Below, one piece after another: positions 37,727 through 46,999 of a stretch of 64,000 nucleotides of DNA (its first letter is position 1; every line of letters begins with the position of its first letter). The stretch spans positions 10,740 to 74,739 of the forward strand of contig CAKZSU010000005.1 of assembly GCA_937921305.1 (NCBI GenBank). The letters are read 5' to 3'. This DNA is from an uncultured Patescibacteria group bacterium. Its GTDB lineage: Bacteria > Patescibacteriota > Microgenomatia > UBA10105 > UBA927. A program made the position numbers and the translations under genes. Below the pieces are notes generated by a model that was given only the letters and a program-made list of their open reading frames with translations, did not search any database and had not been told where the DNA came from.

Positions 37727-40700
37727 ATGGAACGAGAACGGAGACCAGATTTACACCATGAATCATTCCATGAATCATTGCGAACATTTCTTGGATCTCC
37801 TTCTGTTCAGCATGTGAAAGATATCTACGGTGTTGATATTTGGGTAGAGTTTCGTTCTGATAATATTGCTTGTCTTACTTATCAAAGACATGACAATCCT
37901 AATACTCCCTCTGAGTTTCCATTGTTTGGCATGGAGCGTTCTCTTGGCGCTGTTATCATTCCTTCTTCTGCTGCGGAGGATATTGCTGAGGTTCAGCGGA
38001 GAATTGGCGCCTCTGAGTCTCGGAGAGCGGTGGTTTCATACAATGAGCTTTCCTATTGGAATGAGTTTTATAAACAGATAGTTGAACAAGGTATTTTGCG
38101 TCGTGTTGGAGAAAAATCGTTGATTGGGTTTAGCGGATTAGAGCGAACGACGCCAGAACAACACGAAAAACTTTGGATATCTATCACGTCGCTTTTTTCC
38201 AATCCAGAAGTAAAGCGCTATATAGAACGCAACGGAGCGATACTAGAATTTTCTTCTCGAGATGGAGATGAAACAGGACTTGATGGTGTATTTTATTCCC
38301 GGAAAGAGAAGCGTGCGTTTCATCCAGTTCCGCTGTTCGCGGTAAGAAGAGCATATTTACAAGGCGAGATACTTATCAAATCTGTGCTTCTTGATCCAAT
38401 TCCAGTAATTGGCATGGTGATTCGAAAACCCGGCGAAACAGAGCGATCTGCATGGGAGCGCGCGTGGCGGATTGAAGAATCTTTTTTGAAGGAGGGTAAT
38501 AGCGTTGCGGTATTGCTGATTAGCGACGGTCAGGTCAGTCTTATGAATAAATTAGGGTGTATTGCTCCAGTTCGCGCTTATGACAAACAAGCGGAAGATC
38601 AACTTCCTCTTTCGGATGTTTTACGATTTTTATATCTTGGAAAAAGCAATATTCATCCAGGAATTCTTGCAACAAGAGAATATGGCATGTCGCTTCCTCG
38701 TGTGCTTGATGGATCTGGCATTGATTTAATTTTTCAAAGACGCGATAAAAACGGAAGAATTCATCTCGTTCCGATTGATAATGTTCTTGTCCATAATCTA
38801 GGAAAAAGAAAAAGAGGAGGACAACAATCTCAAGATTTTATGCCGCAGTCTAGCGTGATAGGGATTACGGTTGTTCCCGAAAAGACAGATCCCAAAGATA
38901 TTGCAAAACTAGGGAAGGAGTTGGTAGCGAGTTTGCGTCGCTATTTTCCTGTTTCTTTAGATGCGACAGTTCTTATGCTTACTCCTTCGTTGTTTGAGGA
39001 ATGGAAACGACGAGGCACGCTTTTTCTTCCAACAGAAGAGCTGGATCGTGTATTAAAGGAGACGCCAAGATCTCAGGCGCGCGAGTATGGGTACGACACA
39101 ACCGGAAAGAATGGAAAGGAAGGCATGACCATTTCTTATGTTGAATTTATTCTCATTTGGAGGGGGCCAAAAATTGGCGACATGCAGTACATGGTGATCG
39201 AGCATTATCACGATGGATCAGTGATTGTTCACGATGGAGATTGTGGCTCTGTGCATAAAAATGTTCCCGAGATGATGAAGGATATTACAGGACGGCAGGG
39301 TCTTGCTACATTAGTTCGTCAAAAACTTGATACAGGCGAACTTTCTATGTATCCGGGAAGAATTCCTCTTCCATATCTTCTTGCTTCTACAGCATACTGG
39401 CCGGCGTTGACGAAATCAGGTGGATGTCCAAGTGTTCGATATGTTCGCGCAGAGCTCTATCGACGAAGCAATCCTGATGACCTCGCGCAAATTATAGGGA
39501 AAGAAAAAGCAGGTATCATTTTCCAGTATGGAGAAATAGATAGTCGTGTACATCAGGATAAACGTTTTGAACGAGGGATTATTGCCCTTTCTCACGCACA
39601 TGATGATCACGATGGAAACATTGGGATGCTTGATGGTCCGTTAATTGGAATATGGCAGACAATCGCGCATGAACGGGCAAAGTCAAATCATGCGCCGACA
39701 TTTCAAGATCGAACAGACAGAATCGCTCGTGTTGATACGGCGATAGCGAAAGGGGGAAAAAGATCTTACGACGCAGAACCGCGAACGATGTTCCCTATAT
39801 TCATTCAGGGGGAAGAAGTTCGGATTAGTCAACATATTAGTGTTAGGTTTTATTTTGTTGATCATAGTATTGAAGCGTCGTGGGTAGGGTGGCATACACC
39901 GTTTGGCAATGTGCTATTTTTGGGCGATATGCAGCCTGGACCATGGACAACGGATGCTATTCAGGCAGCATCAGGTCAGGAATATCTATATTATATTGCT
40001 GAAGCGACAAATCCTCCCGATACAGAAAAAGCGTCTGCGCATATATCTCCGGAGCACGTGTATGACAATATGGTTCGCATTATGTCTCGCGAGAATTCGA
40101 GAAATAATCTTATTGTTATTCAGGCTCCTCCAAACCATCTTGATCGTCTTCGATTAATCGCGGAAGCATGCAGACATCCATCGGTGAATCGCCGATTGGT
40201 TGTCGGGTATCGCGCCGCTGATATTATCGAACATCTTCGAAGCGCAAAGTTGACAAGTCCATTATATGCCTATGGAAGGGATGATGTATTTACCCCACGA
40301 ATTGGGATAGAGTATAGTTTATATACAAAACCGCTGGCAACAATTCGTCCATGGCAACGGTATCTTGAAAATATCGCTCGTCAAGTAAGCGCTGATGGAG
40401 CGATTGATATATGGAAATTGCAACAAGTGGCAGGTGATGTTGCGCTTGTTTTATCTGTCTATGATTCTCCTTATAAACAGTTGAGCGGCGGGTCTTTTCC
40501 TGGAGTTATTGGTATTCGTTCGTCGCCATTTCCCTATCAATCAAAAGATAAGGAGCGAGAGTTTGCTGCTCGATGGTATTTTGGGAAGGAAGACGGGACA
40601 TATTATGCGAGTCATACATTATTTGGCGATGGGTGGCGTGCGAAATATACAGGAGATATAGCACATGGGCTTCATAGTGGTGGACATGGAACGTTTTTAG

Positions 40701-40930
40701 AAATGATGGAAATTCAAAAGCAGTTGATTGTGAATAATCCACATTGGCAAAGAGGAGGTGTGGTTACGATATGTTATGTCCATGGACTTCACACCAGAAT
40801 ATATGCGAGAAAAGCTAAAGAGTGGTTTCAATCGCAGGGAATAGATCGAGTGAGATGTGTTGGAGAATTTGATCATTATCGTCCAGACGATCCCTTTCGA
40901 TATCCTGGGCATCGGATTGTATTGCGATAA
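37727..40930 (+). CDS. Large protein (1067 aa): ~550-aa uncharacterised N-terminal region fused to a beta-CASP-type metallo-beta-lactamase-fold nuclease-like domain
   Basis: HxHxDH motif ALSHAHDDHDG (~aa 620), later H and D motifs (GWHTP, FLGDM), and a C-terminal beta-CASP motif-C-like GLHSGGHGTFLEMMEI. No signal peptide. Confidence 0.7.
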   Translation: MERERRPDLHHESFHESLRTFLGSPSVQHVKDIYGVDIWVEFRSDNIACLTYQRHDNPNTPSEFPLFGMERSLGAVIIPSSAAEDIAEVQRRIGASESRRAVVSYNELSYWNEFYKQIVEQGILRRVGEKSLIGFSGLERTTPEQHEKLWISITSLFSNPEVKRYIERNGAILEFSSRDGDETGLDGVFYSRKEKRAFHPVPLFAVRRAYLQGEILIKSVLLDPIPVIGMVIRKPGETERSAWERAWRIEESFLKEGNSVAVLLISDGQVSLMNKLGCIAPVRAYDKQAEDQLPLSDVLRFLYLGKSNIHPGILATREYGMSLPRVLDGSGIDLIFQRRDKNGRIHLVPIDNVLVHNLGKRKRGGQQSQDFMPQSSVIGITVVPEKTDPKDIAKLGKELVASLRRYFPVSLDATVLMLTPSLFEEWKRRGTLFLPTEELDRVLKETPRSQAREYGYDTTGKNGKEGMTISYVEFILIWRGPKIGDMQYMVIEHYHDGSVIVHDGDCGSVHKNVPEMMKDITGRQGLATLVRQKLDTGELSMYPGRIPLPYLLASTAYWPALTKSGGCPSVRYVRAELYRRSNPDDLAQIIGKEKAGIIFQYGEIDSRVHQDKRFERGIIALSHAHDDHDGNIGMLDGPLIGIWQTIAHERAKSNHAPTFQDRTDRIARVDTAIAKGGKRSYDAEPRTMFPIFIQGEEVRISQHISVRFYFVDHSIEASWVGWHTPFGNVLFLGDMQPGPWTTDAIQAASGQEYLYYIAEATNPPDTEKASAHISPEHVYDNMVRIMSRENSRNNLIVIQAPPNHLDRLRLIAEACRHPSVNRRLVVGYRAADIIEHLRSAKLTSPLYAYGRDDVFTPRIGIEYSLYTKPLATIRPWQRYLENIARQVSADGAIDIWKLQQVAGDVALVLSVYDSPYKQLSGGSFPGVIGIRSSPFPYQSKDKEREFAARWYFGKEDGTYYASHTLFGDGWRAKYTGDIAHGLHSGGHGTFLEMMEIQKQLIVNNPHWQRGGVVTICYVHGLHTRIYARKAKEWFQSQGIDRVRCVGEFDHYRPDDPFRYPGHRIVLR

Positions 40931-41184
40931 CTGTTTTTTTATCGTGAATCCATTTAAAATTTTTTGTTATGTTGAATGCTTTTAAGATTTAATAAAGAGT
41001 ATTACCTGCTTTTGCAGTCATTAGATCTTGAAGCAGGTTTAGGATGGCAGAACATACTAAGTCTATTTCAACATCGCTCTCTATTATACTGAATGTAGTT
41101 CAGTATATGAAAATGGTTAAACGAAATGCTTTTCTTCGAGATTCTCCAGATACTAAACGACGCGCATGATGATACTATGAGAAT

Positions 41185-42396
41185 TTAGGATGATAAGAGG
41201 GAATTTAACGCGTTGACGAATCGTTCAATGTCTTCCATCGTATTGTACACATGCATGCTTACGCGGATTGTATCTTCTGTAGGATTCGCAAGGCAGTGGG
41301 TCCCAGTTCGGACATAAATTCTTTGCTCTCCGAGAAGAAATCCTGCTTCTGTTGATGGAAGAGAGCGGAGACGAAACGATACGATACCATATCCGTCATA
41401 ACATGACCAATACGCCGGACCGTACGCAAATTCGACATCCGGTATCTCTCGAAGCCGTTTCACGAGTTCTTGTGTAAGGAACGCGAGATGTCGATGAATT
41501 GTTTCTAACCCAATTGATTCAAGAAAGGATATCGCCGACCCGAGAGAGAGGATTCCTGCGTAGTGTTGCGTTCCAGATTCAAACGCGCGCGTATAGTGAT
41601 TGAGATGCATAGTGTTGTCCGCCAGCGTTGCTCCATCGCCTCCTCCAATCCATACAGGAGGGAGAATATCATGAAGTCGTTTTTCGATGTATGTCACGCC
41701 CACTCCTTGAGACGCGAACATTTTGTGCCCTGAAAAAGAAAGAATATCGCATCCAAGTGCCTGCACATCGACTGGCATATGTCCAATGCTTTGCGTTGCG
41801 TCCACAGTAAGGATAACTTTGTTTGGCAGGTGATTTTTTATATCTCGAATGTCATTGTCTGATCCATACATATTATGGATATGTGTAATATTTACAACTT
41901 TTGTTTTGTTGGTTATTTTTTTGTATAAGTCATCTCGATCAATGCTCCCTGTTTTTTTTACACGGAGCGGAATAAGATGAATAGTTTTTCCTAATTGTTG
42001 CAGTATTTGTTGCATGGATATCCACGGAAGCACAAATGATTGATGATCTTGCGAGCAATAGAGAACTTCGTCTCCATCTTCAAGATAAAAGAAGCTGATG
42101 CTGGATGTGATTTTATTAAAGCTATCTGTCGCGCCGAATGTAAAAAAAATTTCTTCTACATTTTTCGCATTGAGGAACACTTGTGTTTGTTTTCTTACAT
42201 GTTCGATTTCGTTTGTTAAATTTCTTGCAAGCGGGTAGGAACCTCTTCCCGCGTTTGCATTGTGGGTTTTGTAAAAATTGGCGATTGAATCAATAACCCC
42301 ATTGGGTTTTTGAGTGGTCGCCGCGTTATCGAGATAGACAATATCCGGATGCGCTGAAAAAAATGGAAATTGACTGCGAATATCGTGCGGATTCAT
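41185..42396 (-). CDS. Cysteine desulfurase (aminotransferase class V, SufS/CsdA-like)
   Basis: PLP-lysine block SFSGHKMFASQGVG and the active-site loop RTGTHCLANP, matching the SufS RTGHHCA motif. ATGA overlap with the upstream gene. Confidence 0.85.
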   Translation of the reverse strand: MNPHDIRSQFPFFSAHPDIVYLDNAATTQKPNGVIDSIANFYKTHNANAGRGSYPLARNLTNEIEHVRKQTQVFLNAKNVEEIFFTFGATDSFNKITSSISFFYLEDGDEVLYCSQDHQSFVLPWISMQQILQQLGKTIHLIPLRVKKTGSIDRDDLYKKITNKTKVVNITHIHNMYGSDNDIRDIKNHLPNKVILTVDATQSIGHMPVDVQALGCDILSFSGHKMFASQGVGVTYIEKRLHDILPPVWIGGGDGATLADNTMHLNHYTRAFESGTQHYAGILSLGSAISFLESIGLETIHRHLAFLTQELVKRLREIPDVEFAYGPAYWSCYDGYGIVSFRLRSLPSTEAGFLLGEQRIYVRTGTHCLANPTEDTIRVSMHVYNTMEDIERFVNALNSLLSS

Positions 42397-43694
42397 AAAT
42401 CTCGTTCAAGCGGAAGTCCGTGATCCTTCCACGCGGTAATCCCTCCTTCCAAGCTGTAGGCATTGAGATGGTTTTCTTTGTGAAGATAACTTGCAAGAAG
42501 TATTGATGTTTCTCCAATTGGACAGACAAACAAAAGAGGATGGCTAACGCAGAATGGATTAGTCACAGATAACATATCATCAAGCGTGTTCATAGGAAGG
42601 TTAAGCGAATTGGGAATGTGCCCAAGTTTGTATGAGATGGGTTGACGGGTATCAATAATGAGTGGATGATGGGTGTCAATCCACGATGACACATTGGTGA
42701 TTGCTATGATTCGTTCTGGCAATGGTTTTGCGTGTTCTTTCCATGAGAATCGTTTTGTTTTTCCAAACCATTCCGGCTTTCGTTCTTTAATATAAGAAAG
42801 ATACCATTCAATTCTATCGCACGCGATGAATACTGCAGTTTTATCATGGTCAAATGATTCTTTATGGTTTCGTAAATAGGAAAGGACTGCGTGGAAGGAC
42901 GCGCCGGTTGTCGGTCCGGCGAGTAATCCTTCATGCTTTACAAGCGTCATCATTGCTTCGAGCGCTTCATGAGATGAAACTTCAAGAAGTTCGTCATAAA
43001 ATGACGGTTGAAATAATCCAACCTCAAGCACTTCGTCGCTGTTGCGAATGCCGGGAATATAATCGTCTTTTTTTGCGACGATCCCAATTGTTTTCATTTC
43101 AGGATTTGATTCCTTTAATCGTTGGGCGATGCCAAGCGTTGATCCTGTTGTCCCAAGCCCTCCAAAGAAATAATCTACTTTTCCAAGATCATTGAGTATT
43201 TCTTGTCCTGTGGTTTCATAATGGATGTCTCGATTTGCGCTATTTCTATATTGATCGCTATAGAGATATGACGATTCTCGTTCTGTGAGTTCCTTTTGAA
43301 TATAAAAAAATGGATCGTTTGGATCATTTGGATCGAAACAGTCGCTTTTTCCAGGTAGTTCTTGTATGTCAATACCAAGAAGTGTCAGTATATCTTTGAC
43401 CTCTGAAACTTTAATACGGTTTGTGATAGTTCGTAATTTTGATCCATGAAGTAGTGCAATCATATGGAGCGCTTTTGCCATGTTTCCGCTTGAACTTTCA
43501 ATAACTGTTTTTTGGGGAAGTTCGTCGAGGTGGTGTTTCAAAATGCCCCATGCACTCCGATCTTTCACCGATCCCCACGGATTAAATAGTTCTAATTTGA
43601 CATACAGAGAAACACGAGGGATGCCATGGGTTTGTTCTGAAATTTTTAGTAGCGGCGTGTTGCCGATTAAATCAAGGATTGTTTTTGCGATCAT
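42393..43694 (-). CDS. Fusion protein: CysK/CysM-family PLP-dependent beta-replacement enzyme (N-terminal ~300 aa) plus a C-terminal rhodanese domain
   Basis: NPWGSVKDR (PLP Lys) and SSGNMAKAL for the CysK fold. Rhodanese LIIDTRQPISYKLGHIPNSLNLP with the active-site Cys loop FVCPIGETS. Confidence 0.8.
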   Translation of the reverse strand: MIAKTILDLIGNTPLLKISEQTHGIPRVSLYVKLELFNPWGSVKDRSAWGILKHHLDELPQKTVIESSSGNMAKALHMIALLHGSKLRTITNRIKVSEVKDILTLLGIDIQELPGKSDCFDPNDPNDPFFYIQKELTERESSYLYSDQYRNSANRDIHYETTGQEILNDLGKVDYFFGGLGTTGSTLGIAQRLKESNPEMKTIGIVAKKDDYIPGIRNSDEVLEVGLFQPSFYDELLEVSSHEALEAMMTLVKHEGLLAGPTTGASFHAVLSYLRNHKESFDHDKTAVFIACDRIEWYLSYIKERKPEWFGKTKRFSWKEHAKPLPERIIAITNVSSWIDTHHPLIIDTRQPISYKLGHIPNSLNLPMNTLDDMLSVTNPFCVSHPLLFVCPIGETSILLASYLHKENHLNAYSLEGGITAWKDHGLPLERDL

Positions 43695-45133
43695 ATACTC
43701 TCCTGAAGTTCGCTTGGTTGATATCGTTCATCGAGATACCATCCGTGTTTGCCGATAGCGAGTTTTTTTGCCACGGGATGGGAAATCGTTTCGCTTTCCG
43801 CAAAATCCATAAAGTATCCGGCGGTATTTATAAACGCGAGTATATCGCCAATTCCAATAGGAGTTTTGAGAAACACTTTTCGTCGACAAATAAAATCGTG
43901 TGGAAGACAGAGATTTCCGCTGAGATATACGCCATTCGTTGTTTGATCGTTGGGGGTAGGACTTTGTTTTGGGATAACGATTGGATCCGCCATGAATTCT
44001 AGTTCTCCTGCATTCATGTTGCTTTTATTCATATCAAGAAATACAACCCATTCGTTCTTCGCAGATTGATGGATAGAGATAATTTTTGCCACCGTTGCTC
44101 CCGTTTGATCAAGAAGCGATCGTCCAGGTTCAAGAAATAGAGTGAGCATTGTTTCAGAAAGAAAGTCTCGAAATATACCAAATTCTCCAATAGTTTCGGT
44201 AAGAATTGATGCTAATTCTTGAAATTGATTGATTGGGCGATAAAAATCTTGAAACGCTCCGTCTCCTCGAATTTTTCCTTGTTCTGCCCAAAATCCGAGC
44301 CCTGAATCGTTCCATGACATTTTCGGATGATGCGGGTCAAGAAGCGATGATTTTATCGCTGATATATACGCGTGCCATTCTTCTTTGTTTTGTAAAAAGG
44401 TGTTACTGAACCCGCCACCTATATTGATTCCTTCTGGGGATAATCCTTCTTTGAGAGCATCTATCGTCCATCGCAGTGCGTGTTCTATCGCGCGAAGTTT
44501 TTCTGTTTTGCTTGTTGTTGTGATATGAAACGAGAAGCCGCGAAAGATATACGTTTTTCGTTCTTTTAAGAACCCTAACGCATGTCCTAATTCTTGATCG
44601 TCTAACCCAAATTTTTGATCTTTTTCGACGACTTGTTGGGATGATGCATGAAATGTTTTCATTCGAAGGAAGAGAGGCGTTGAAATTTTTATACCAAGCG
44701 CGCGTTTCATTCTTTCTATTTGCATCAATTCATCAAGACTATTGATGTTGATCGTTGCATTGTGAAGGAGGCATACTCGAAGAAATGAGGTATTTTTTGG
44801 ACCTGTGGCTTCAATGCGGTTGCCGGAAAAGCCGGCAGATAGCGAGTGTGACAACTCTTCTTCTGATGCTACATCTACGTGTATTGGTTTTGTGGCAAGT
44901 TCTGTAAGGATTGCTTTTGATTTGTTTGCTTTGTGGGCGTAAAAGATTGCTCCTTGCACGCGATGCTTTTTGAGCACATCAAAAAATCGCGTTGCGTTTT
45001 CCCATGCAACCTCTGGAAAGATGAGATTCAGCGGAGATCCAAACGCGTCAAGCCATGCATGCATTTGTTGTGTGTCAGCAAGCGTTTTTTGAATATGATA
45101 TCCGATAATCGGCGTCAGATGGAATGATGACAT
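43691..45133 (-). CDS. PLP-dependent fold-III decarboxylase (Orn/DAP/Arg decarboxylase family, LysA-like), 480 aa
   Basis: FYAHKANKS (PLP Lys), GINIGGGF, FLEPGRSL, and C-terminal YLSGNLCLPHD with the Cys region. Confidence 0.8.
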   Translation of the reverse strand: MSSFHLTPIIGYHIQKTLADTQQMHAWLDAFGSPLNLIFPEVAWENATRFFDVLKKHRVQGAIFYAHKANKSKAILTELATKPIHVDVASEEELSHSLSAGFSGNRIEATGPKNTSFLRVCLLHNATININSLDELMQIERMKRALGIKISTPLFLRMKTFHASSQQVVEKDQKFGLDDQELGHALGFLKERKTYIFRGFSFHITTTSKTEKLRAIEHALRWTIDALKEGLSPEGINIGGGFSNTFLQNKEEWHAYISAIKSSLLDPHHPKMSWNDSGLGFWAEQGKIRGDGAFQDFYRPINQFQELASILTETIGEFGIFRDFLSETMLTLFLEPGRSLLDQTGATVAKIISIHQSAKNEWVVFLDMNKSNMNAGELEFMADPIVIPKQSPTPNDQTTNGVYLSGNLCLPHDFICRRKVFLKTPIGIGDILAFINTAGYFMDFAESETISHPVAKKLAIGKHGWYLDERYQPSELQESI

Positions 45134-45139
45134 AAAGAT

Positions 45140-46090
45140 TTAGAAATGAAATGTTGGGTCAATTTGGTGGGATAAATCGCCTGACGCGAGTTTTACATAG
45201 TCTTGTTGGATATATGCTCGGTGGAGATCGTACAATCGTTTCAATCGATCGTTTGGATCTTGTCGCAATGCTCGAGCTTTTTTCTCGATTGTTGAAAAGA
45301 TCGTTATGTCAATGTCATTCAGAATTTTTTCCGTCAACGGTAATCCTTGTTGTCGTTGAATTTTTATGCTTCGATATTTGGGAATGCCGCCGATAAAAAT
45401 ATCATCTGGAATATTCGTCTTGAGAAATGCTTCATCGTGTTCATCTTCTATCTTGTTTCCAACAACAACGAGACGATTTGAAACATCCGCGTGTTGGGCG
45501 AGTCGATAATATTGCGTAAACACATCGACGCTTTCTTTTGTTGGTTCGACAACAAGGACAAGAAGATCAAATTGCGCGTGGAGCGTATTGGAGAACGCGT
45601 CGATGCCGGCGACCATATCCGAGATGATCCATTCGTTTTCGTTAAGGCGAGCGAAGGAGAGAAGATTTTCAAAAATCGCGAGGTTTGTATGGTAACAACT
45701 TCTGCCAATTTCTTCTTCTTCGTACGTTCCGACAATTGCAAGGTATGCTGATGGGCGATACGCAACACAATATTGTTGAATAATGGGATTTTTCTCATCA
45801 AGCATTACAAATGCAACGCCTTTTGACGGAGGAGTGGTTTTGTAGAAATGATCTATGCTTCGTATGTGTTTGCTCGTTCCTTTCAGATACTTACGGATCG
45901 CGCGAGTGTTTTTTGGATCAGAGAGCGCGCGTTCTTTTGGAAATTCAATGCCTAAGAGATTTGGAATATGGATATTTAGATCAGCATCTATGCACAAGAC
46001 GGGCGATTTATGCTTTACAAGATATAAAAAGAACAGGGTTGTTGCAGTGCTTTTTCCTGATCCTCCTTTTCCAACAAATGCAACTCTCAT
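45140..46090 (-). CDS. SIMIBI-class P-loop NTPase (MinD/ParA/Mrp-like) with a deviant Walker A KGGSGKST; start placed at the ATG at 46090
   Basis: MRVAFVGKGGSGKSTATTLF. The track ORF extends 26 codons further upstream; the ATG at 46090 is preferred because a TATAAT sits 6 nt before it. First gene of a four-gene minus-strand operon. Confidence 0.7.
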   Translation of the reverse strand: MRVAFVGKGGSGKSTATTLFFLYLVKHKSPVLCIDADLNIHIPNLLGIEFPKERALSDPKNTRAIRKYLKGTSKHIRSIDHFYKTTPPSKGVAFVMLDEKNPIIQQYCVAYRPSAYLAIVGTYEEEEIGRSCYHTNLAIFENLLSFARLNENEWIISDMVAGIDAFSNTLHAQFDLLVLVVEPTKESVDVFTQYYRLAQHADVSNRLVVVGNKIEDEHDEAFLKTNIPDDIFIGGIPKYRSIKIQRQQGLPLTEKILNDIDITIFSTIEKKARALRQDPNDRLKRLYDLHRAYIQQDYVKLASGDLSHQIDPTFHF

Positions 46091-46096
46091 AAAGGT

Positions 46097-46102
46097 ATTA
46101 TA
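46097..46102 (-). promoter_or_regulatory. TATAAT -10 hexamer (minus strand) 6 nt upstream of the ATPase ATG, with a TTGCTT -35-like element 18 nt further upstream. Leaderless operon promoter candidate
   Basis: Reverse complement of 46091-46140 reads ttgtaaataatatgTTGCTTaatgcaaatgagttgcatTATAATaccttt then ATG. Confidence 0.4.
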
Positions 46103-46253
46103 ATGCAACTCATTTGCATTAAGCAACATATTATTTACAAGACTTCTATTTTTATAGAAGAGCATCATGATAAAGATTATTAATGGTGTCGAAATTTTTT
46201 CTGAAAAAATTTAATGTCTTGATGCTTTCAAAAAAATTTAAGATCATCATATT

Positions 46254-46913
46254 ATGAATCAACGAGGGTATCTTCTAGTATTCGAAGGATCAGATGGTTC
46301 AGGGAAGGCAACACAATCGAGACTTCTCGCCGAATATTGCGAGCGACATAGAATTCCCTATGAATATGTTGATTTTCCAAACTACGAAGACTTTTTTGGT
46401 TCTATGTGTAAGCAGATGCTCTATGGGGCATATGGAGATGTTTCTACAATTTCTCCCTATCTTGCGTCGTTGCCATATGCGCTTGATCGGTGGAAAGCAA
46501 AAGAGCGAATACAGAATGCGTTGTTCAAAAAAAAGATTGTGATTGCGAATCGGTATGTTCCATCAAACGCGGTGTATCAAAGTGTAAAAATTCCCGAGCG
46601 GGAACGAGAGGTGTTTCTTGATTGGGTCATGCGGCTTGAGTACGAGGAATTCGGTATTCCTCGAGAAGATCTAGTTCTGTACCTTCATGTTCCCGTTGCC
46701 GTGTCGCAACAATTGATGCAAGGAAAAGAAAAAGATGAGCACGAAAAAAACATTGCGTTGCTTGAAGCGACAGAAGAAATGTACAAAATCCTCTACAATC
46801 GGTATCAGCATTGGATCTATCTTGAATGCGTTGCCGATCATGATATACTCAGAAAAGATGATATTCACGCTCGCGTTCTTTCAGCGTTGAGAGTGAAAGG
46901 AATACTTTCATGA
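46254..46913 (+). CDS. tmk: Thymidylate kinase
   Basis: P-loop LLVFEGSDGSGKATQ and the LID region. Confidence 0.9.
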   Translation: MNQRGYLLVFEGSDGSGKATQSRLLAEYCERHRIPYEYVDFPNYEDFFGSMCKQMLYGAYGDVSTISPYLASLPYALDRWKAKERIQNALFKKKIVIANRYVPSNAVYQSVKIPEREREVFLDWVMRLEYEEFGIPREDLVLYLHVPVAVSQQLMQGKEKDEHEKNIALLEATEEMYKILYNRYQHWIYLECVADHDILRKDDIHARVLSALRVKGILS

Positions 46914-46999
46914 CATAACAACGCTTCAGACACCGCTATATACTTTTTCTTTTATTTCCTGTATTCTTTCTATTTTTTTATTGAGAGGAGGATTAATCC

